Assembly: GCA_963766715.1 (NCBI GenBank)
Contig: CAVYBH010000010.1
Location: 1-64,000 of the forward strand
Length of the DNA stretch: 64,000 nucleotides
Source of the DNA: an uncultured delta proteobacterium
Lineage (GTDB): Bacteria > Myxococcota > Myxococcia > Myxococcales > Anaeromyxobacteraceae
Direction of reading: 5' to 3'
The translations under genes and the position numbers were made by a program. The notes beneath the pieces are model-generated. The model was not told where the DNA came from, made no database searches, and was given only the letters and a program-made list of their open reading frames with translations. Shown piece after piece: positions 20,870 through 37,792 of the stretch. Each line of letters opens with the position of its first letter. Positions within the stretch are counted from its first letter, which is position 1.

Positions 20870-21820
20870 GTCGCCACCTCCGACGGCTGCCGCGCCCCGC
20901 CCGACCACCGCCAGGAAGACGTCCTCCAGCGTGGCCTCGGCGTCCTCGACCGAGACGCCTTCGCCCCCGTTCGCCTCGAGGGTCGCGCGGACGGCGTCCT
21001 GGCTCCAGGCCGCCGGGTCGACCCGGAGGTGGAGCCCGGCGCCGAACGGCTCGGCCGCGCGGACGCCGGGACGCGCCCGGAGCACGTCCGCCCCGGCGGC
21101 GAGGTTCCGGCCCCGGACGAGCAGGACGCGGTCGGGCACCCAGGTCCGCTTCAGCTCGGCGGGCGTGTCGAGGGCCACCAGCCGCCCGTCGACCATGAGC
21201 CCGATGCGCCGGCAGTACTCGGCCTCGTCGAGGTAGTGGGTGGTGACGAAGACCGTGGTGCCGCCGCGCGACAGGTCGCGGATGAGCCGCCAGAAGGAGC
21301 GGCGGGCCTCGGGATCGACGCCGGCGGTGGGCTCGTCGAGGAAGACGATCGACGGCCGGTGGAGCACCGCGCTCCCCAGGGCGAGCCGCTGCCGGATGCC
21401 GCCCGGGAGCGCGCCGGTGATCTCCTTGCGGTGCGCGGCCAGGCCGGTGAGCTCGAGGATCTCGTCGGATCGCCGGCGGAGCTCGGCTCCCCACAGCCCG
21501 TAGGCGCCGCCGAAGAAGCGCAGGTTCTCCTCCACCGGGAGGTCGAGGTAGAGCGAGAACTTCTGCGACATGTAGCCGATGGCGGCCTTCACGCCCTCCG
21601 GGTCGGTCGCCACGTCGTGCCCGGCCACCGTGGCGCGTCCGCCCGAGGGCGACAGCAGGCCGATGAGCATGCGGATGGTGGTGGACTTGCCGGCGCCGTT
21701 CGCGCCCAGGTAGCCGAAGATCTCCCCCTTCTCCACGTGGAAGGAGACGTCGTCCACCGCCAGGAAGCTCCCGAAGCGCCGGGTGAGGTGCTCGGCCTCG
21801 ATGGAGTGGCCGGGATTCAC
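20866..21820 (-). CDS. ABC transporter ATP-binding protein
   Basis: GANGAGKST, LDEPTAG, TTHY. Confidence 0.9.
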
Positions 21821-22728
21821 GCGGCGTGCTCCTTGCGGAGGCGGGACAGGAACAGGTCCTCGAAGCCGGGCGCGACCGGGCGGAGCTCGGCGCCCACCTG
21901 CGCGAGCGCGGCGGCCACCTCGGGCCGGCCGCCGGCGACCACGTCGACGCGGAGGCGCGACCCCGCCGGCGACACCGCCCGGACCGCGGGGAGGGAGGCG
22001 AGCGTCGCGTCGACCCGGTCGCGATCGCCGCCCGAGACCTCGTAGGACTCCTCGTCGAACCCGGCGAGCAGCGCGCCGGGCTCGCCCTCGAGGAGGAGCC
22101 GCCCCCGGTAGGCGAGGCCGACCCGGTCGCAGCGCTCCGCCTCGTCCATGTACGGGGTGGAGACCAGCACGGCCATCCCGCCCTGCACGAACTCGTGGAG
22201 CAGGGCCCACAGCTCCCGGCGCGACACCGGGTCGACGCCGTTGGTGGGCTCGTCGAGGAGCAGCACCTTGGGCTCGTGGAGCAGCGCCGCCGCGAGCGCC
22301 AGCTTCTTGTACATGCCGCCGGAGAGCTGGTCGGCGCGCCGGTCGAGGAAGCGATCGAGCCGCGTGATGGCGAGCAGCCGCTCGGCCCGCCGGCGGAAGA
22401 CGTCGCGCGGGAGGACGTAGAGCCGGGAGAAGAAGGTGAGGTTCTCCCAGACGGTCAGGTCCCGGTAGAGGCTGTACTGCTGGGGCAGGAGCCCGAGCGC
22501 CTCGCGCACCTCGCCCCCGTCCCGCGGGTCGAGCCCGAGGACGCGGGCCTCCCCGGCGTCGAGGTCGATGAGCCCGGCGATCGCCCGGATGGCGGTGGTC
22601 TTCCCGGCGCCGTCGGGCCCGACGAGGCCGTAGAGCTCGCCGGCCTTCACCTCGAAGGACATGCCGGCCAGCGCCTCGACCTGGCCGAAGCGCTTCACCA
22701 TCTGGCGCGCCTCGAGGGCGGCTCCCAT
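21817..22728 (-). CDS. ABC transporter ATP-binding protein
   Basis: GPDGAGKTT, LSGGM, LDEPTNG. Confidence 0.92.
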   Translation of the reverse strand: MGAALEARQMVKRFGQVEALAGMSFEVKAGELYGLVGPDGAGKTTAIRAIAGLIDLDAGEARVLGLDPRDGGEVREALGLLPQQYSLYRDLTVWENLTFFSRLYVLPRDVFRRRAERLLAITRLDRFLDRRADQLSGGMYKKLALAAALLHEPKVLLLDEPTNGVDPVSRRELWALLHEFVQGGMAVLVSTPYMDEAERCDRVGLAYRGRLLLEGEPGALLAGFDEESYEVSGGDRDRVDATLASLPAVRAVSPAGSRLRVDVVAGGRPEVAAALAQVGAELRPVAPGFEDLFLSRLRKEHAA

Positions 22729-22732
22729 GGGG

Positions 22733-23770
22733 TCACTTCTCCCGCGGCAGGGTGACCTGCACCGGCATCCCCGGGCGCAGCGCGCCGTCGGGGTTCTTCA
22801 CCCGGACCTCCACGGGGTACACGAGCCGGTCGCGGTCGGTGCGGGTCTGGATGTTGCGCGGAGTGAACTCGGCCTTGGAGGAGACGGAGGCCACGGTCCC
22901 CTCGAACTTCCGGTCCGGGAAGGCGTCGGCGACCACCACGGCCTTGCCGCCCGGCCGCGCCGCGCCCACCTCGGCGTTGGGGAGGTAGAAGGTGGCCTTC
23001 ACCTCGGCCAGGTCCACCAGCTTCGCGAGCGGCTGCCCGGCCGGCACGAGCTCGCCCACCTCGTGGGGCAGGTCCTCGAGCATGGCGTCGCGGGGCGCCC
23101 GGATCACGCACTCCTCGGCGAGCAGCCGGTTGCGGCGGACCGTCTCCTCGGAGGCCTTCACGGTGGCCGCGCTGGAGGAGGCCTGCGAGCCGGAGGCCTG
23201 CGTGGTGAGCGCGGCGGCCTGGGCCTGCTCGGCGCTGGCCCGGGCCTGTGCGTCGGCGGCGGCGGCGAGGCGGGCGAGCTGATCGGCGGAAGCCCGGGCC
23301 TTGTCCCGGGCCGACAGGGAGACGTCCTGCGGCAGCGCGTCGAGGCGCGCCGCCTCCCGCTCGGCGTTGTCGCGCTGGGCGGCGAGCGCCTGGGCCTGGG
23401 CCTTCGCGGCGTCCTGGGAGGCGGCGGCGGCCTCCCGGGTGCGGCGGGAGGCGTCGACGGTGGTGACGGCGGCGCTGGCCTGGGCGCGGGACGAGGCCAG
23501 CCGCGCCTCGGACTCGGCGAGGGCCGCGGCCTGGTCGGAGCAGTCGAGCTCGACGAGGACGTCGCCGGCCTTCACCGGCGTTCCCTTCACGCCCTTCAGC
23601 GCGAGGACGCGGGCCGTGACCCGGGCCGACAGGTCGACCGAGGTGCCCTCGATCTCCCCCGACCCTCCCGGGGGCGCGTTGCGCGCCGAGGCCTGGACCC
23701 AGAGGCGCAGGACGAGCAAGGCGACGAGCGCGATGACGACCACGGTGACGACCCCGGCGATGCGACGCAT
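22733..23770 (-). CDS. HlyD-family periplasmic adaptor
   Basis: N-terminal TM, Ala-rich coiled coil, AEFTPRNIQT, LRPGMP. Confidence 0.9.
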   Translation of the reverse strand: MRRIAGVVTVVVIALVALLVLRLWVQASARNAPPGGSGEIEGTSVDLSARVTARVLALKGVKGTPVKAGDVLVELDCSDQAAALAESEARLASSRAQASAAVTTVDASRRTREAAAASQDAAKAQAQALAAQRDNAEREAARLDALPQDVSLSARDKARASADQLARLAAAADAQARASAEQAQAAALTTQASGSQASSSAATVKASEETVRRNRLLAEECVIRAPRDAMLEDLPHEVGELVPAGQPLAKLVDLAEVKATFYLPNAEVGAARPGGKAVVVADAFPDRKFEGTVASVSSKAEFTPRNIQTRTDRDRLVYPVEVRVKNPDGALRPGMPVQVTLPREK

Positions 23771-23817
23771 TCGGCGACTCCTCGCCCGCTCGAACCTGGC
23801 GGGCCGGCGCCCTCGAG

Positions 23818-23833
23818 TGCGAGGAGCGTGCCG
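23818..23833 (-). promoter_or_regulatory. Sigma-54 (-24/-12) promoter for hlyD-ABC operon
   Basis: CGGCACGCTCCTCGCA = GG-N10-GC. Confidence 0.65.
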
Positions 23834-24006
23834 GCCGTGAGCCTCGCCCCCGGGCCCGATTCGGGCGAAGCCGGTCCGGGAGATCCTGCCAGCGTGTAAG
23901 GACTTCCGACAGCGCGTTCGGGGCATCGTACGGCGCTCGGCGGCCCTCCGGTCTCGTAATGATGCGCCGGGCACCGGACCCGGCTTCCTGCGCCTGCCCC
24001 GGGTTC

Positions 24007-24022
24007 CGGCATCGTCCTTGCT
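24007..24022 (+). promoter_or_regulatory. Sigma-54 (-24/-12) promoter for tolC-HK-RR operon
   Basis: CGGCATCGTCCTTGCT = GG-N10-GC. Confidence 0.7.
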
Positions 24023-24059
24023 GCCGCCCCTGGTGGGCCGTCGCGCCCAGGGGATCGCC

Positions 24060-25404
24060 ATGAACGCACTCGCCGCCATCGTCGCCGCACTCGCCGTCGC
24101 CCAGGTCCCGGCCGGGGCCCCTCCCGCGACCGCGGCGCCTCCGGCCGACACGTCCCGGCTCCGGGGGATGCCCCAGGTCGTGGCCATGAGCCTCGAGGAG
24201 GCGCTCGCCGAGGTCGACCGCCAGAACCCGACCCTGGACGAGGCGCGGGCACGCGCGGCGGCGGCGCTCGGGGTGGTCCGGCAGGCGGCGGCGCCGCTCC
24301 TGCCCACGCTCCAGGCCGGAGGCGGCTACTTCCACAACAACGCCGAGGCCGTCTTCCTGCGGCCGGTGACCCCCACGAGCTTCCAGGAGATCTTCATCCA
24401 GCCGCTCGACGCCTGGCAGGTGAGCGGCGCGCTGCGCGTCCCCCTCATCGTCCCCGACGCCTGGTTCTCCCTGTCGGCCGCGCGCGACGCCGCGCTCGCC
24501 GCCGCCTCGTCCGCCGACGCCACGCGCCTCAGCGTCCGACTGGCCCTCCTGCAGACCGCCTGGGCGGCCTGGGCGGGCGATCGAGATCGTCGCCGCCTCC
24601 GAGCGGGCCGTCTCGAACGCGCGGGAGCAGGCAGACAGCGCGCGCCGGCAGGTGAAGGTGGGAACCGCGGCGCCCCTCACCATCCTCCAGGCCGACACGG
24701 CGGCGACCCGGCGCGAGAGCGATCTCGTCCAGGCCCGCTCGGAGCGTTCGCGCGCGCGCATCGCCGTCGGCATCCTGCTCGGCCGCTCCGACCCGGTGCT
24801 CGTCGCCATGCCTCCCCTCCCCGGCCCCTCGGTCTACGACATCCCCGCCCTGTCGCAGCAGGCGCTCGACGCCCGTCCCGAGCTCCGGGCGCAGGCGGCG
24901 GTGGTGCGCTCGTACGAGAAGCAGGCCAGCGCCGCGCTCTGGCGCATCGCCCCGCAGATCTCCGCCTCGGGGAGCGGGACGGCCCAGACGGTTCCCTACC
25001 CCACCGGCGACAAGCAGGGGTGGCGCGTGTCCGTGGACCTGACCTGGACCCTCTACGACGGCGGCTTCCGCTACGGAAAGGCCGACCAGGCGTCCGCCCA
25101 GGCCAGCGAGGCCCGGGCCGCGGAGACCGGGACGCGGCTCCAGATCCTGCAGGAGGTGCAGAACGCGGCGCGCGACGTCGAGGTGGCGCGCCAGCGGCTC
25201 GCCCTCGCCCAGCAGGAGATGGACACGGCGTCGGAGGCGGCCGCGTCGGCGCGGCGCGGGTTCAAGGAGGGGCTCACCTCCAGCCTCGACGTGCTCTCGG
25301 CCAACGAGCAGCTCTTCCTGTCCGAGGTCCAGGTCGCGAACGCGGGCGCGCGAATGGGCGGCTCGGTCGCGGCGCTCGACCGGGCGGTGGGACGGTCCCC
25401 GTGA
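24060..25404 (+). CDS. TolC-family outer membrane protein (frameshift ~24580)
   Basis: Signal peptide, NPTL, WTLYDGG, OEP repeats. Confidence 0.88.
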
Positions 25405-25475
25405 CCGGCGCGGCGCCCCGCGTGCGCTCGCCAGCCCCCGGGCGTATCCTCCGTCGCGAGGATCGCCACGACGGC

Positions 25476-26767
25476 ATGACGAGAGCGCCCCACGGCTTCA
25501 CGGAGATCCAGCGGCAGGAGGTGAATCGCCTCTTCGGCCGCATCGTCGGGATCCGCCTGCTCTTCCTCCCGGTGGTGATGGCGCTCGCCGTCGCGCTCGC
25601 CTGGACCGCTCCCCGCCCCTGGCGGACGTGGCTGGTCGGCTCCGTCGCGGTGGCCGCCTTCGCCTTCTTCGCGCTGGAGGCGGTCCGGGCCAGGCGCCTC
25701 GGCATCGAGCGGCTCTCCATCCACCTCAACCTGGCGGTGGCGGCGGTGGGCGTGTCCTGCATCGCGGTCGGGACCGGGGGAACGGGGAGCCCGGTGGCCT
25801 TCCTGCTCCCGATGCTGTCCATCCCCGTCGGGATCTTCCTCATCCCCCCGGCGATCTTCGCGGTGGTGGGATTCCTGGTGCTGATGGTCTCCGCCATGGC
25901 CGCGCTCGGGCTCGCCTCGGGCTCACCCGTGCTCCTTCCGTCCCTCGGTGACGCCTCGCGCCTCTCCATCCTGGCGAACTGGGGCACGGTCACCTTCCTC
26001 CTGGTCGGCGGCGCCGGCCTGGGCCGGGTCATCCGCAAGACCTTCGACGGCATGGTCCGCCGCGCGCTCTCCGCGCAGGAGGACTCGCTGCGGGCCTACC
26101 GGGAGCGGGAGGCGGAGCTCTCCGCGCTGTCGGCCGAGATCGCCCACGAGCTGAGGAACCCGCTCGCCAGCGTGAAGGGGCTCGCGGCGCTGCTCGCGCC
26201 GGCGATGGCCGACGCGCGGTCCGCGGAGCGGCTCTCGGTGCTCCGGCGCGAGGTGGACCGGCTCCAGTCCATCCTCGACGAGTTCCTCAACTTCTCCCGG
26301 CCGCTCGTGCCGCTCGCGCTCGGCAGCACCGACCTCGGGGCCATCGCCCGCGAGGTGGCGGTGCTGCACGAGGGCATGGCCCGCGACCGCGGCGTCGTGG
26401 TGGAGGTCCGCGGCTCCGGGCGCGCCCGCTGCGATCCACGAAAGGTGAAGCAGGTGCTCATCAACCTGGTGCAGAACGCGCTCGACGCCAGCCCCTCCGG
26501 CGAGGCGGTGGAGATCGAGGTGCAGGACGGCGCCGTCTCGTCGCGCCTCTCGGTCCTCGACCGGGGCGCCGGCCTCGATCCGGCGCTGGGCGGGCGCGTC
26601 TTCGAGCCCGGGGTCACCACCAAGGCCGGCGGGTCCGGACTGGGGCTGACCGTGGCGCGGGCCATCGCCCGGCAGCACGGCGGCGAGCTGCGGCTGGCCG
26701 AGCGCGAGGGCGGCGGCCTCCGGGCCGAGCTCACCCTGCCCTCCGGCGCGGCCGCGGAGGTGGCGGC

Positions 26768-26771
<4 letters not shown>
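25476..26771 (+). CDS. Membrane sensor histidine kinase
   Basis: Multiple TMs; [25 protein letters not shown]. Confidence 0.92.
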
Positions 26772-28177
<1,406 letters not shown>

Positions 28178-28193
28178 GGCGGGAGCCTGGCGG

Positions 28194-28466
28194 CTACTTC
28201 GCCTTCTTGTCGGCCTTCACCTCGACCGACTTCGCCGTGATCGTGTACTCCACGGTCACCTTGGAGCCCTTCTTGAGGTCGCCCGACACCTTGGTGTCGG
28301 CGCCGCGGGTCATCTCGAACTTCTCGCCCTTGTTCTTCCCGCCGGTGGCCTTGACGGTGATGCTGGTCGGGCTGACGTCGTCGACCTCGCCGGTGACCTG
28401 GTAGGCCTGGGCGGTGGCGGCGAGGGTGAGCGCGGCGAGAGCGGCCAGGATGCGCGTCGTCTTCAT
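28194..28466 (-). CDS. Small secreted protein
   Basis: Signal peptide ending AQA; beta-rich, Lys-rich. Confidence 0.75.
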   Translation of the reverse strand: MKTTRILAALAALTLAATAQAYQVTGEVDDVSPTSITVKATGGKNKGEKFEMTRGADTKVSGDLKKGSKVTVEYTITAKSVEVKADKKAK

Positions 28467-28608
28467 GTGGTCCGGTCCTTTCGGGACGGGCGGCCCCTCC
28501 GAGGGCGCCGCCGGCAGGTTTCGGGCGCGGAGCCTAGCGGATCCGGCACAGGTTCCGCGAGCCCACCGACCCGAACGGAGTTATCCTCCCGCGCCAGCGA
28601 GAACCCCC

Positions 28609-30242
<1,634 letters not shown>

Positions 30243-30245
30243 CCG

Positions 30246-30720
30246 GTGGCGCGCGGCCAAGGCTCCCCGCAGCATCCACGTCGCGTCGCTCTCGCTCCTG
30301 CTCGCCACCTCCGTCCAGGCGGGCATCGGCCTCCTCGCTCTCCACCTCGAGCAAGGTCGGCTTCGCGCAGTGGCTCTTCGCCGCGGCGGTGATGGGCGGT
30401 GCTCCTCTGGGGCATCGCGCCGCGGCTACCGGCTCGCCTGGCTCTGGGGGCGCTACCTGACCCTCTTCCTCTCGGCCATGGTGCTCGTGACCCTGGGGCT
30501 CGGCTTCTGGAAGGGCGGGCTGCCCTGGCGGGTCGCCGCGGTGATGCTCGTGGGGCTCGTCCTGCCGCTCGGCGTCACCTCCGTCGCGCTGGGGCGTCCG
30601 GCGGCCGATCGACTGGTTCGGCCTTCGCTGCCCGAAGTGCGGGGTCGCCGCCAGCCGCGGCAAGGACTTCCTCTTCCGCCAGGCCCGCTGCGTGAGCTGC
30701 GGCGAGGGTCTTCTCTCAGC
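30246..30720 (+). CDS. Membrane protein with C-terminal CxxC..CxxC zinc ribbon (frameshifted, ends approximate)
   Basis: TM segments, then WFGLRCPKCG..RQARCVSCGE. Confidence 0.55.
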
Positions 30721-32053
30721 TCTCCACCGGAACCGAGAAGCGGACCGTGGTGCCGAGGCCGGGATGGCTCTCGACGCTGATGGTCCCGCCGTGGGCCTCG
30801 ACGATCCGCTTGGCGAGCGCGAGCCCCAGCCCCACGCCGCCGCTGCCGCGCGCCCGGCTGCGATCGGTCCGGAAGAAGGGCGTGAAGAGGCGGGGGAGGT
30901 CGCGCGGGATCGACGCCGATGCCCTGCGTCGCGCACGGAGACGAGGAAGTCGCTCCCCTCCCGGCGGGCCACGACCTCCACCGGCGCCGGCGACTCGGAG
31001 TACTTGACGGCGTTGTCGAGCAGGTTGTCGAGGACGCGCCGCAGCATCGACGGATCGGCGACCAGGCGCGGGAGCGGCGCCTCCAGGTGGACGGTCAGCT
31101 CGCGCCCCGGGTGGGCGTGGCGGAACCGCTCCGCGGCGCGGTCGACGATCTCCTGGGCGCCCACCTGCTGGAGCCGGAGCGGCACCTCGCCGCGGCCGCC
31201 GGCCTGGTCGAGCCGGGCCGCGGTGAGCACGTCGCCGAGCAGCTGATCCAGCTCGGCGAGGTCGAGGCGGATCTCCTCCAGGTACTTCTGCGCCCGGACC
31301 ACGTCCCCCTCGGCGGCCAGGTCGAGCGCCACGCGGATCCGGGAGAGCGGGGTCCGCAGCTCGTGCGACACGTCGGCGAGGAGCTGCCGCTCGGAGCGGA
31401 CCAGCCCCTCCAGGCGCCCCGCCATGTCGTCGAAGGCGCTCGAGAGCTCGCCGACCTCGTCGCTGCGGCGCAGCCCGGCCCGCACCGACAGGTCGCCGGC
31501 GCCCAGCTTCCGCGCCGCGTCGGTGAGCCGCTCCATGGGGCGGGCCATCGCGCGCGCCAGCGGGAACGCCGCCACCGCCAGGACGAGGAGCCAGGCCGAG
31601 ATGAAGGCCGCGGCCTTCTCGATCGGGAAGGGCCGCGGCGGGGCGGCCACGATCAGGTAGGCGGAGGGCGCGCCCACCACCCGCGCCGCCCAGACCGGGC
31701 GGTCGTCCATGTCGAGGTGGCGGACGCCGCCGTCGAGCTGGGCGCGCTCCGCGGCGGGGAGCGCGGGCGGCTCTCCCGCGCGCCGCGATGACCGTCCCGT
31801 CGTCGAGCCGGAAGGCCATGTCCACGCGAAAGGCCTCGGCCATCTGGCGCAGCTCGGCCTCCACGCGCATGGGCTCGGCCCGGTGCTCGGCGATGTGCTC
31901 GGCCGCGAAGCGGGTGAGCTTCTCGGTGCCGCGCAGGACCGGGCCCCGGCTCATCAGCGACCCGACCACGAGGTTGGCCACGAACACCAGCCCGAGCAGC
32001 GCCAGGCCGGCCAGGTAGAGCTTCCAGAACAGCCGGGGCTGGCGAAGGCTCAA
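30716..32053 (-). CDS. HAMP sensor histidine kinase (frameshifted)
   Basis: HAMP DEVGEL; SHELRTPL; NLLDNA; GVGLGL. Confidence 0.9.
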   Translation of the reverse strand: MSLRQPRLFWKLYLAGLALLGLVFVANLVVGSLMSRGPVLRGTEKLTRFAAEHIAEHRAEPMRVEAELRQMAEAFRVDMAFRLDDGTVIAARGRAARAPRRGARPARRRRPPPRHGRPPGLGGAGGGRALRLPDRGRPAAALPDREGRGLHLGLAPRPGGGGVPAGARDGPPHGAAHRRGAEAGRRRPVGAGRAAPQRRGRRALERLRRHGGAPGGAGPLRAAAPRRRVARAADPALPDPRGARPGRRGGRGPGAEVPGGDPPRPRRAGSAARRRAHRGPARPGRRPRRGAAPAPAGGRPGDRRPRRGAVPPRPPGARADRPPGGAAPAPGRRSVDAAARPRQPARQRRQVLRVAGAGGGRGPPGGERLPRLRARRRASASIPRDLPRLFTPFFRTDRSRARGSGGVGLGLALAKRIVEAHGGTISVESHPGLGTTVRFSVPVES

Positions 32054-32766
32054 TCGGTCTCCGTGGCCAGCATGTAGCCGGCGCCGCGGACGGTCTTCAG
32101 CATCCTCGGGCTCTTGGGGTCGTCGCCCAGCTTGTGCCGCAGGCGGGACACGTGCACGTCCACCGAGCGATCGAAGGCCTCCTCGGGGTTCCCGCCGGCC
32201 AGGTCGATGAGCTGCTCCCGGGAGAGGACGCGCCCGGGGCGGGAGGCGAGCGCGTAGAGGAGCGAGAACTCGTACCCGGTGAGCGCGATCTCCCGGTCGG
32301 CCACGGTGACGCGCCGCGCCCCGGGGTCGAGGGACAGGTCTCCCACCCGGACGGGCTTCACGGTGGGTCCCACCTGGCCGCGGGCGCGCCGGACCACGGC
32401 CCGGATGCGCGCCAGGAGCTCGCGGGGCGAGAAGGGCTTCGAGACGTAGTCGTCGGCCCCGAGCTCGAGCCCCATCACCCGGTCGGCCTCCTCGCCGCGG
32501 GCGGTCAGGACGACGATGGGCACGTCGGAGCGGTTGCGGAGCTCCCGGCACACGTCGAGCCCGCCCTTGCCCGGCAGCATGAGGTCGAGGAGCACCACGT
32601 CGTAGCGGTGGCGGAGCGCTTCCTCGAGCCCCCCGACGCCGTCGGCGGCGCGCGTCACCACCACGCCGTGGCCGCCGAGGTAGTCGGCGGTCAGGGCGGC
32701 GAGCCGGGCGTCGTCCTCGACGAGGAGCGCGGTCAGGACGGGGTCGGTCGACACGGGGCGAATCAT
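32050..32766 (-). CDS. OmpR-family response regulator
   Basis: VEDD, LDLMLPG, GADDY, RSVDVHVSRLR, TVRGAGY. Confidence 0.93.
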   Translation of the reverse strand: MIRPVSTDPVLTALLVEDDARLAALTADYLGGHGVVVTRAADGVGGLEEALRHRYDVVLLDLMLPGKGGLDVCRELRNRSDVPIVVLTARGEEADRVMGLELGADDYVSKPFSPRELLARIRAVVRRARGQVGPTVKPVRVGDLSLDPGARRVTVADREIALTGYEFSLLYALASRPGRVLSREQLIDLAGGNPEEAFDRSVDVHVSRLRHKLGDDPKSPRMLKTVRGAGYMLATETD

Positions 32767-32820
32767 AGTCACGGTGCCCCTTGCCTCCGCACGGATCCTG
32801 GGTGAAGAAGTGTGAACCCC

Positions 32821-34823
<2,003 letters not shown>

Positions 34824-34833
34824 AAGCTCGGGC

Positions 34834-36550
34834 ATGAGCTTCGAAGGCCTCGACGTCCATCCCGCCCTCCGCCGCGCGCTCGATGCGCGCGGCTACGCCG
34901 AGCCCACGCCGGTCCAGCTCGAGGTCCTCGGCCCTCGGCCTGCGCGGGCGGGACCTGCTCGTCTCGTCGCGCACCGGGTCGGGCAAGACCGTGGCCTTCG
35001 GGATGGCGCTCGCCGACACCCTGCTCGGCGAGCCCCGGCGTTCGAGGAGGCCGGCAAGCCGCTCGCGCTCGTCATCGCGCCGACCCGGGAGCTCGCCGTG
35101 CAGGTCCAGCGCGAGCTCTCCTGGCTGCTCGCCGAGGCGGGCGGGCGCGTCCTCTCCACGGTCGGGGGCATGGACGCGCGGCGCGAGTCCCGCGCGCTCG
35201 CCGCCGGCGCACACGTCGTGGTGGGCACGCCGGGACGCATCCGGGACCACATCGACCGCAAGAACCTCGACCTCTCCCAGCTGAAGGCGCTCGTCCTCGA
35301 CGAGGCGGACGAGATGCTCGACATGGGGTTCCGCGAGGAGCTGGAGGCCATCCTGGGCGCCGCCCCGGGCGACCGGCGCACGGTGCTCTTCTCGGCCACC
35401 CTGCCCCGCCCCATCCTCGAGCTGGCGAAGCGCTACACCCGCGACGCGGCGCGCGTCGCCGCCACGCCGCCCGGGCGAGGCCCACGCCGACATCACGCTG
35501 CAGGCGCACGTGGTCTCCCACCGCGAGCGGGAGCACGCGCTCGTGAACGTGCTCCGCGCCCAGGACCCGCGCCGGGCGCTGGTGTTCTGCGCCACCCGCG
35601 AGGGGGCGCACCACATGGCCTCCAGCCTCGCCGAGCGCGGCTTCGAGGCGGTGGGCATCTCCGGCGAGCTGACCCAGGCCGAGCGGACGCGGGCGCTGAA
35701 GTCGCTGCGCGACGGGCGCGCCCGCATCCTCGTCGCCACCGACGTGGCGGCCCGCGGCCTCGACCTCCCCGGCATCGAGCTGGTGGTCCACGCCGACCTC
35801 CCGCGCGACGCCCAGGCGCTGCAGCACCGCAGCGGCCGGACCGGCCGGGCCGGCAAGAAGGGGCGCGCCGTCTTCCTGGCCTCGCCGCAGGAGCGCTTCG
35901 GCCTCCAGCGCATGCTGGGGGCCGCGGGGGCGAAGGCCGAGTGGCTTCCGGTCCCCTCCGCCGAGGAGATCCGCGCCCGGGACGAGGAGCGGATCGCCAC
36001 CGACGTGGCCGCCCTGGCGGGCGAGGCCTCCGAGGAGGAGCTCGCGGCCGCCCGCCGGCTGCTCGAGTCGCGCGCGCCGCTGCTCGTGGCCGCCGCGCTG
36101 GTGCGGCGCGAGCGCGCGCGGCTGCCCTCGGCCGAGGAGCTGCCCGAGACCCTGCGCGTGGCGCACGAGGCGCCCCGCCCGGCCAGCCCGGCTCGCGCCC
36201 GAGCAGCTCGGCGCCGGACGACGTGGTGTGGTTCCGCATCGGCATCGGCCGGGAGCGCAACGCCGATCCGAAGTGGCTGCTCCCGCTGCTCTGCCGCCGC
36301 GGCGGCGTGACCCGGGCCGGAGATCGGCAAGATCCTCATCTCCCCCCGCGAGACCCGCTTCCAGGTGGCGGCCCACGTGGCGGAGGAGTTCGAGGCCCGG
36401 GCGCGAAAGCCCGACCCCAAGATGCCCGGCGTCCGCATCGACCTCTTCCGGGGAGAGAGCGCCGCCCCGCTCGACGAGGCCGGGGCCGCCCCGAAGCGCC
36501 CCGCCCCCGGCAACCCGAAGGCGAAGGCCGCCCGCCGCCCCCGCACATGA
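34834..36550 (+). CDS. DEAD-box RNA helicase with DbpA-type C-terminal domain (frameshifted)
   Basis: TGSGKT, PTRELA, DEAD, SAT, ARGLD, HRSGRTGRAG. Confidence 0.92.
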
Positions 36551-37763
36551 GCCGCTGGCTCGTCGCCGTGGGCGGTGTGGCGCTCATGGCCTGCCTGGGC
36601 ACGGTCTACGCGTGGAGCGTCTACACCCAGCCGCTCCAGGCGGCCTTCGGCTGGACGAGCACCCAGGCCACCGCCCCGTTCTCGATCGCCATCTTCTTCC
36701 TGGGCGTGGGCGCCGTCATGGGCGGCCGCTGGCAGGACCGCGCCGGGCCGCGGCCGGTGGCGCTCACCGGCGCGCTGCTCTGGGGCGCGGGCAACCTGCT
36801 CGCCGGCCTGGGCACCGCCCGGTTCGGGGCGCCCTGGCTGTACGCCACCTACGGGGTCATGGGCGGGCTGGGGCTGGGGCTCGGCTACGTCACGCCGGTG
36901 GCGGCGGTGACCAAGTGGTTCCCCGACCGGCGCGGCCTGGGCAGCGGGCTCGTGGTGGGGGGGTTCGGCCTGGGCGCCTTCCTGTACGCCCACCTGCTCC
37001 GGTCGCTCCCGGCCTTCGCGGGAGGCGCCGCCTCGCGCGACGGCGCGGTGCTGGCGGCCTTCACCGCCTCCGGGGTCGCCTTCGCGATCCTGGGCGGAGC
37101 CGGCGCGCTCCTGGTGCGCAACCCTCCCGCCGCCTCCCCGTCGAGCGCCGCGGCGCCCGCCGGCGCGGACTTCACGCCGGGGCGCATGGTCCGCACGCCG
37201 CAGTTCTGGGCGGCCTTCGCGATGCTCTTCCTCAACGTGACGGCGGGGATCCTCTTCATCTCCAACGCGGTCCCCATCATGCGGGAGCTCACCGGCGCGC
37301 TCCCGGCCACGGCCGCCGGCCGTCTACGGGACCATCGCGCTCGCGAACGCGCTGGGGCGCTTTCTCTGGGGCGCCGTGTCCGACCGGTTCGGGCGCCGCG
37401 CCGCCTTCGCCTCCATCTACCTGCTCCAGATCGCGGTCTTCCTGGTCGGTGGGGCGCTTCCACTCCCTCTGGGTGGTGGCCCTGCTCTTCGCGCTGGTGC
37501 TGCTCTGCTACGGCGGCGGCTTCGGGGTGATGCCGTCGCTCGTCGCCGACTGGTTCGGGACGCGCCACCTGGGCGTGAACTACGGATGGGTGCTGCTCGC
37601 CTGGAGCGCCGCGGGGCTGGCCGGCCCGGGCTTCGTGGCGGCGGTGAAGGATCGGACGGGGTCCTACGCCGGCGCGCTGCCGGCGACGGCGGCGCTGCTG
37701 CTCGTGGCGACGCTCCTGCCGCTCCTCGTCCGGGCGCCGGCCGGATCCCGCACCGCGGGCTGA
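36547..37763 (+). CDS. MFS transporter, OFA family (frameshifted)
   Basis: GTVYAWS, KWFPDRRG, GVNYG. Confidence 0.88.
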
Positions 37764-37792
37764 GCCCGGCCCGGCCCGGCGGTCGCCCGCGT

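Noticed and set aside
19727..21820. In-frame ABC ATPase-permease fusion
   Set aside because: A GTGA stop/start overlap at 20866-20869 matches the other junctions in the operon; one indel explains the apparent fusion.
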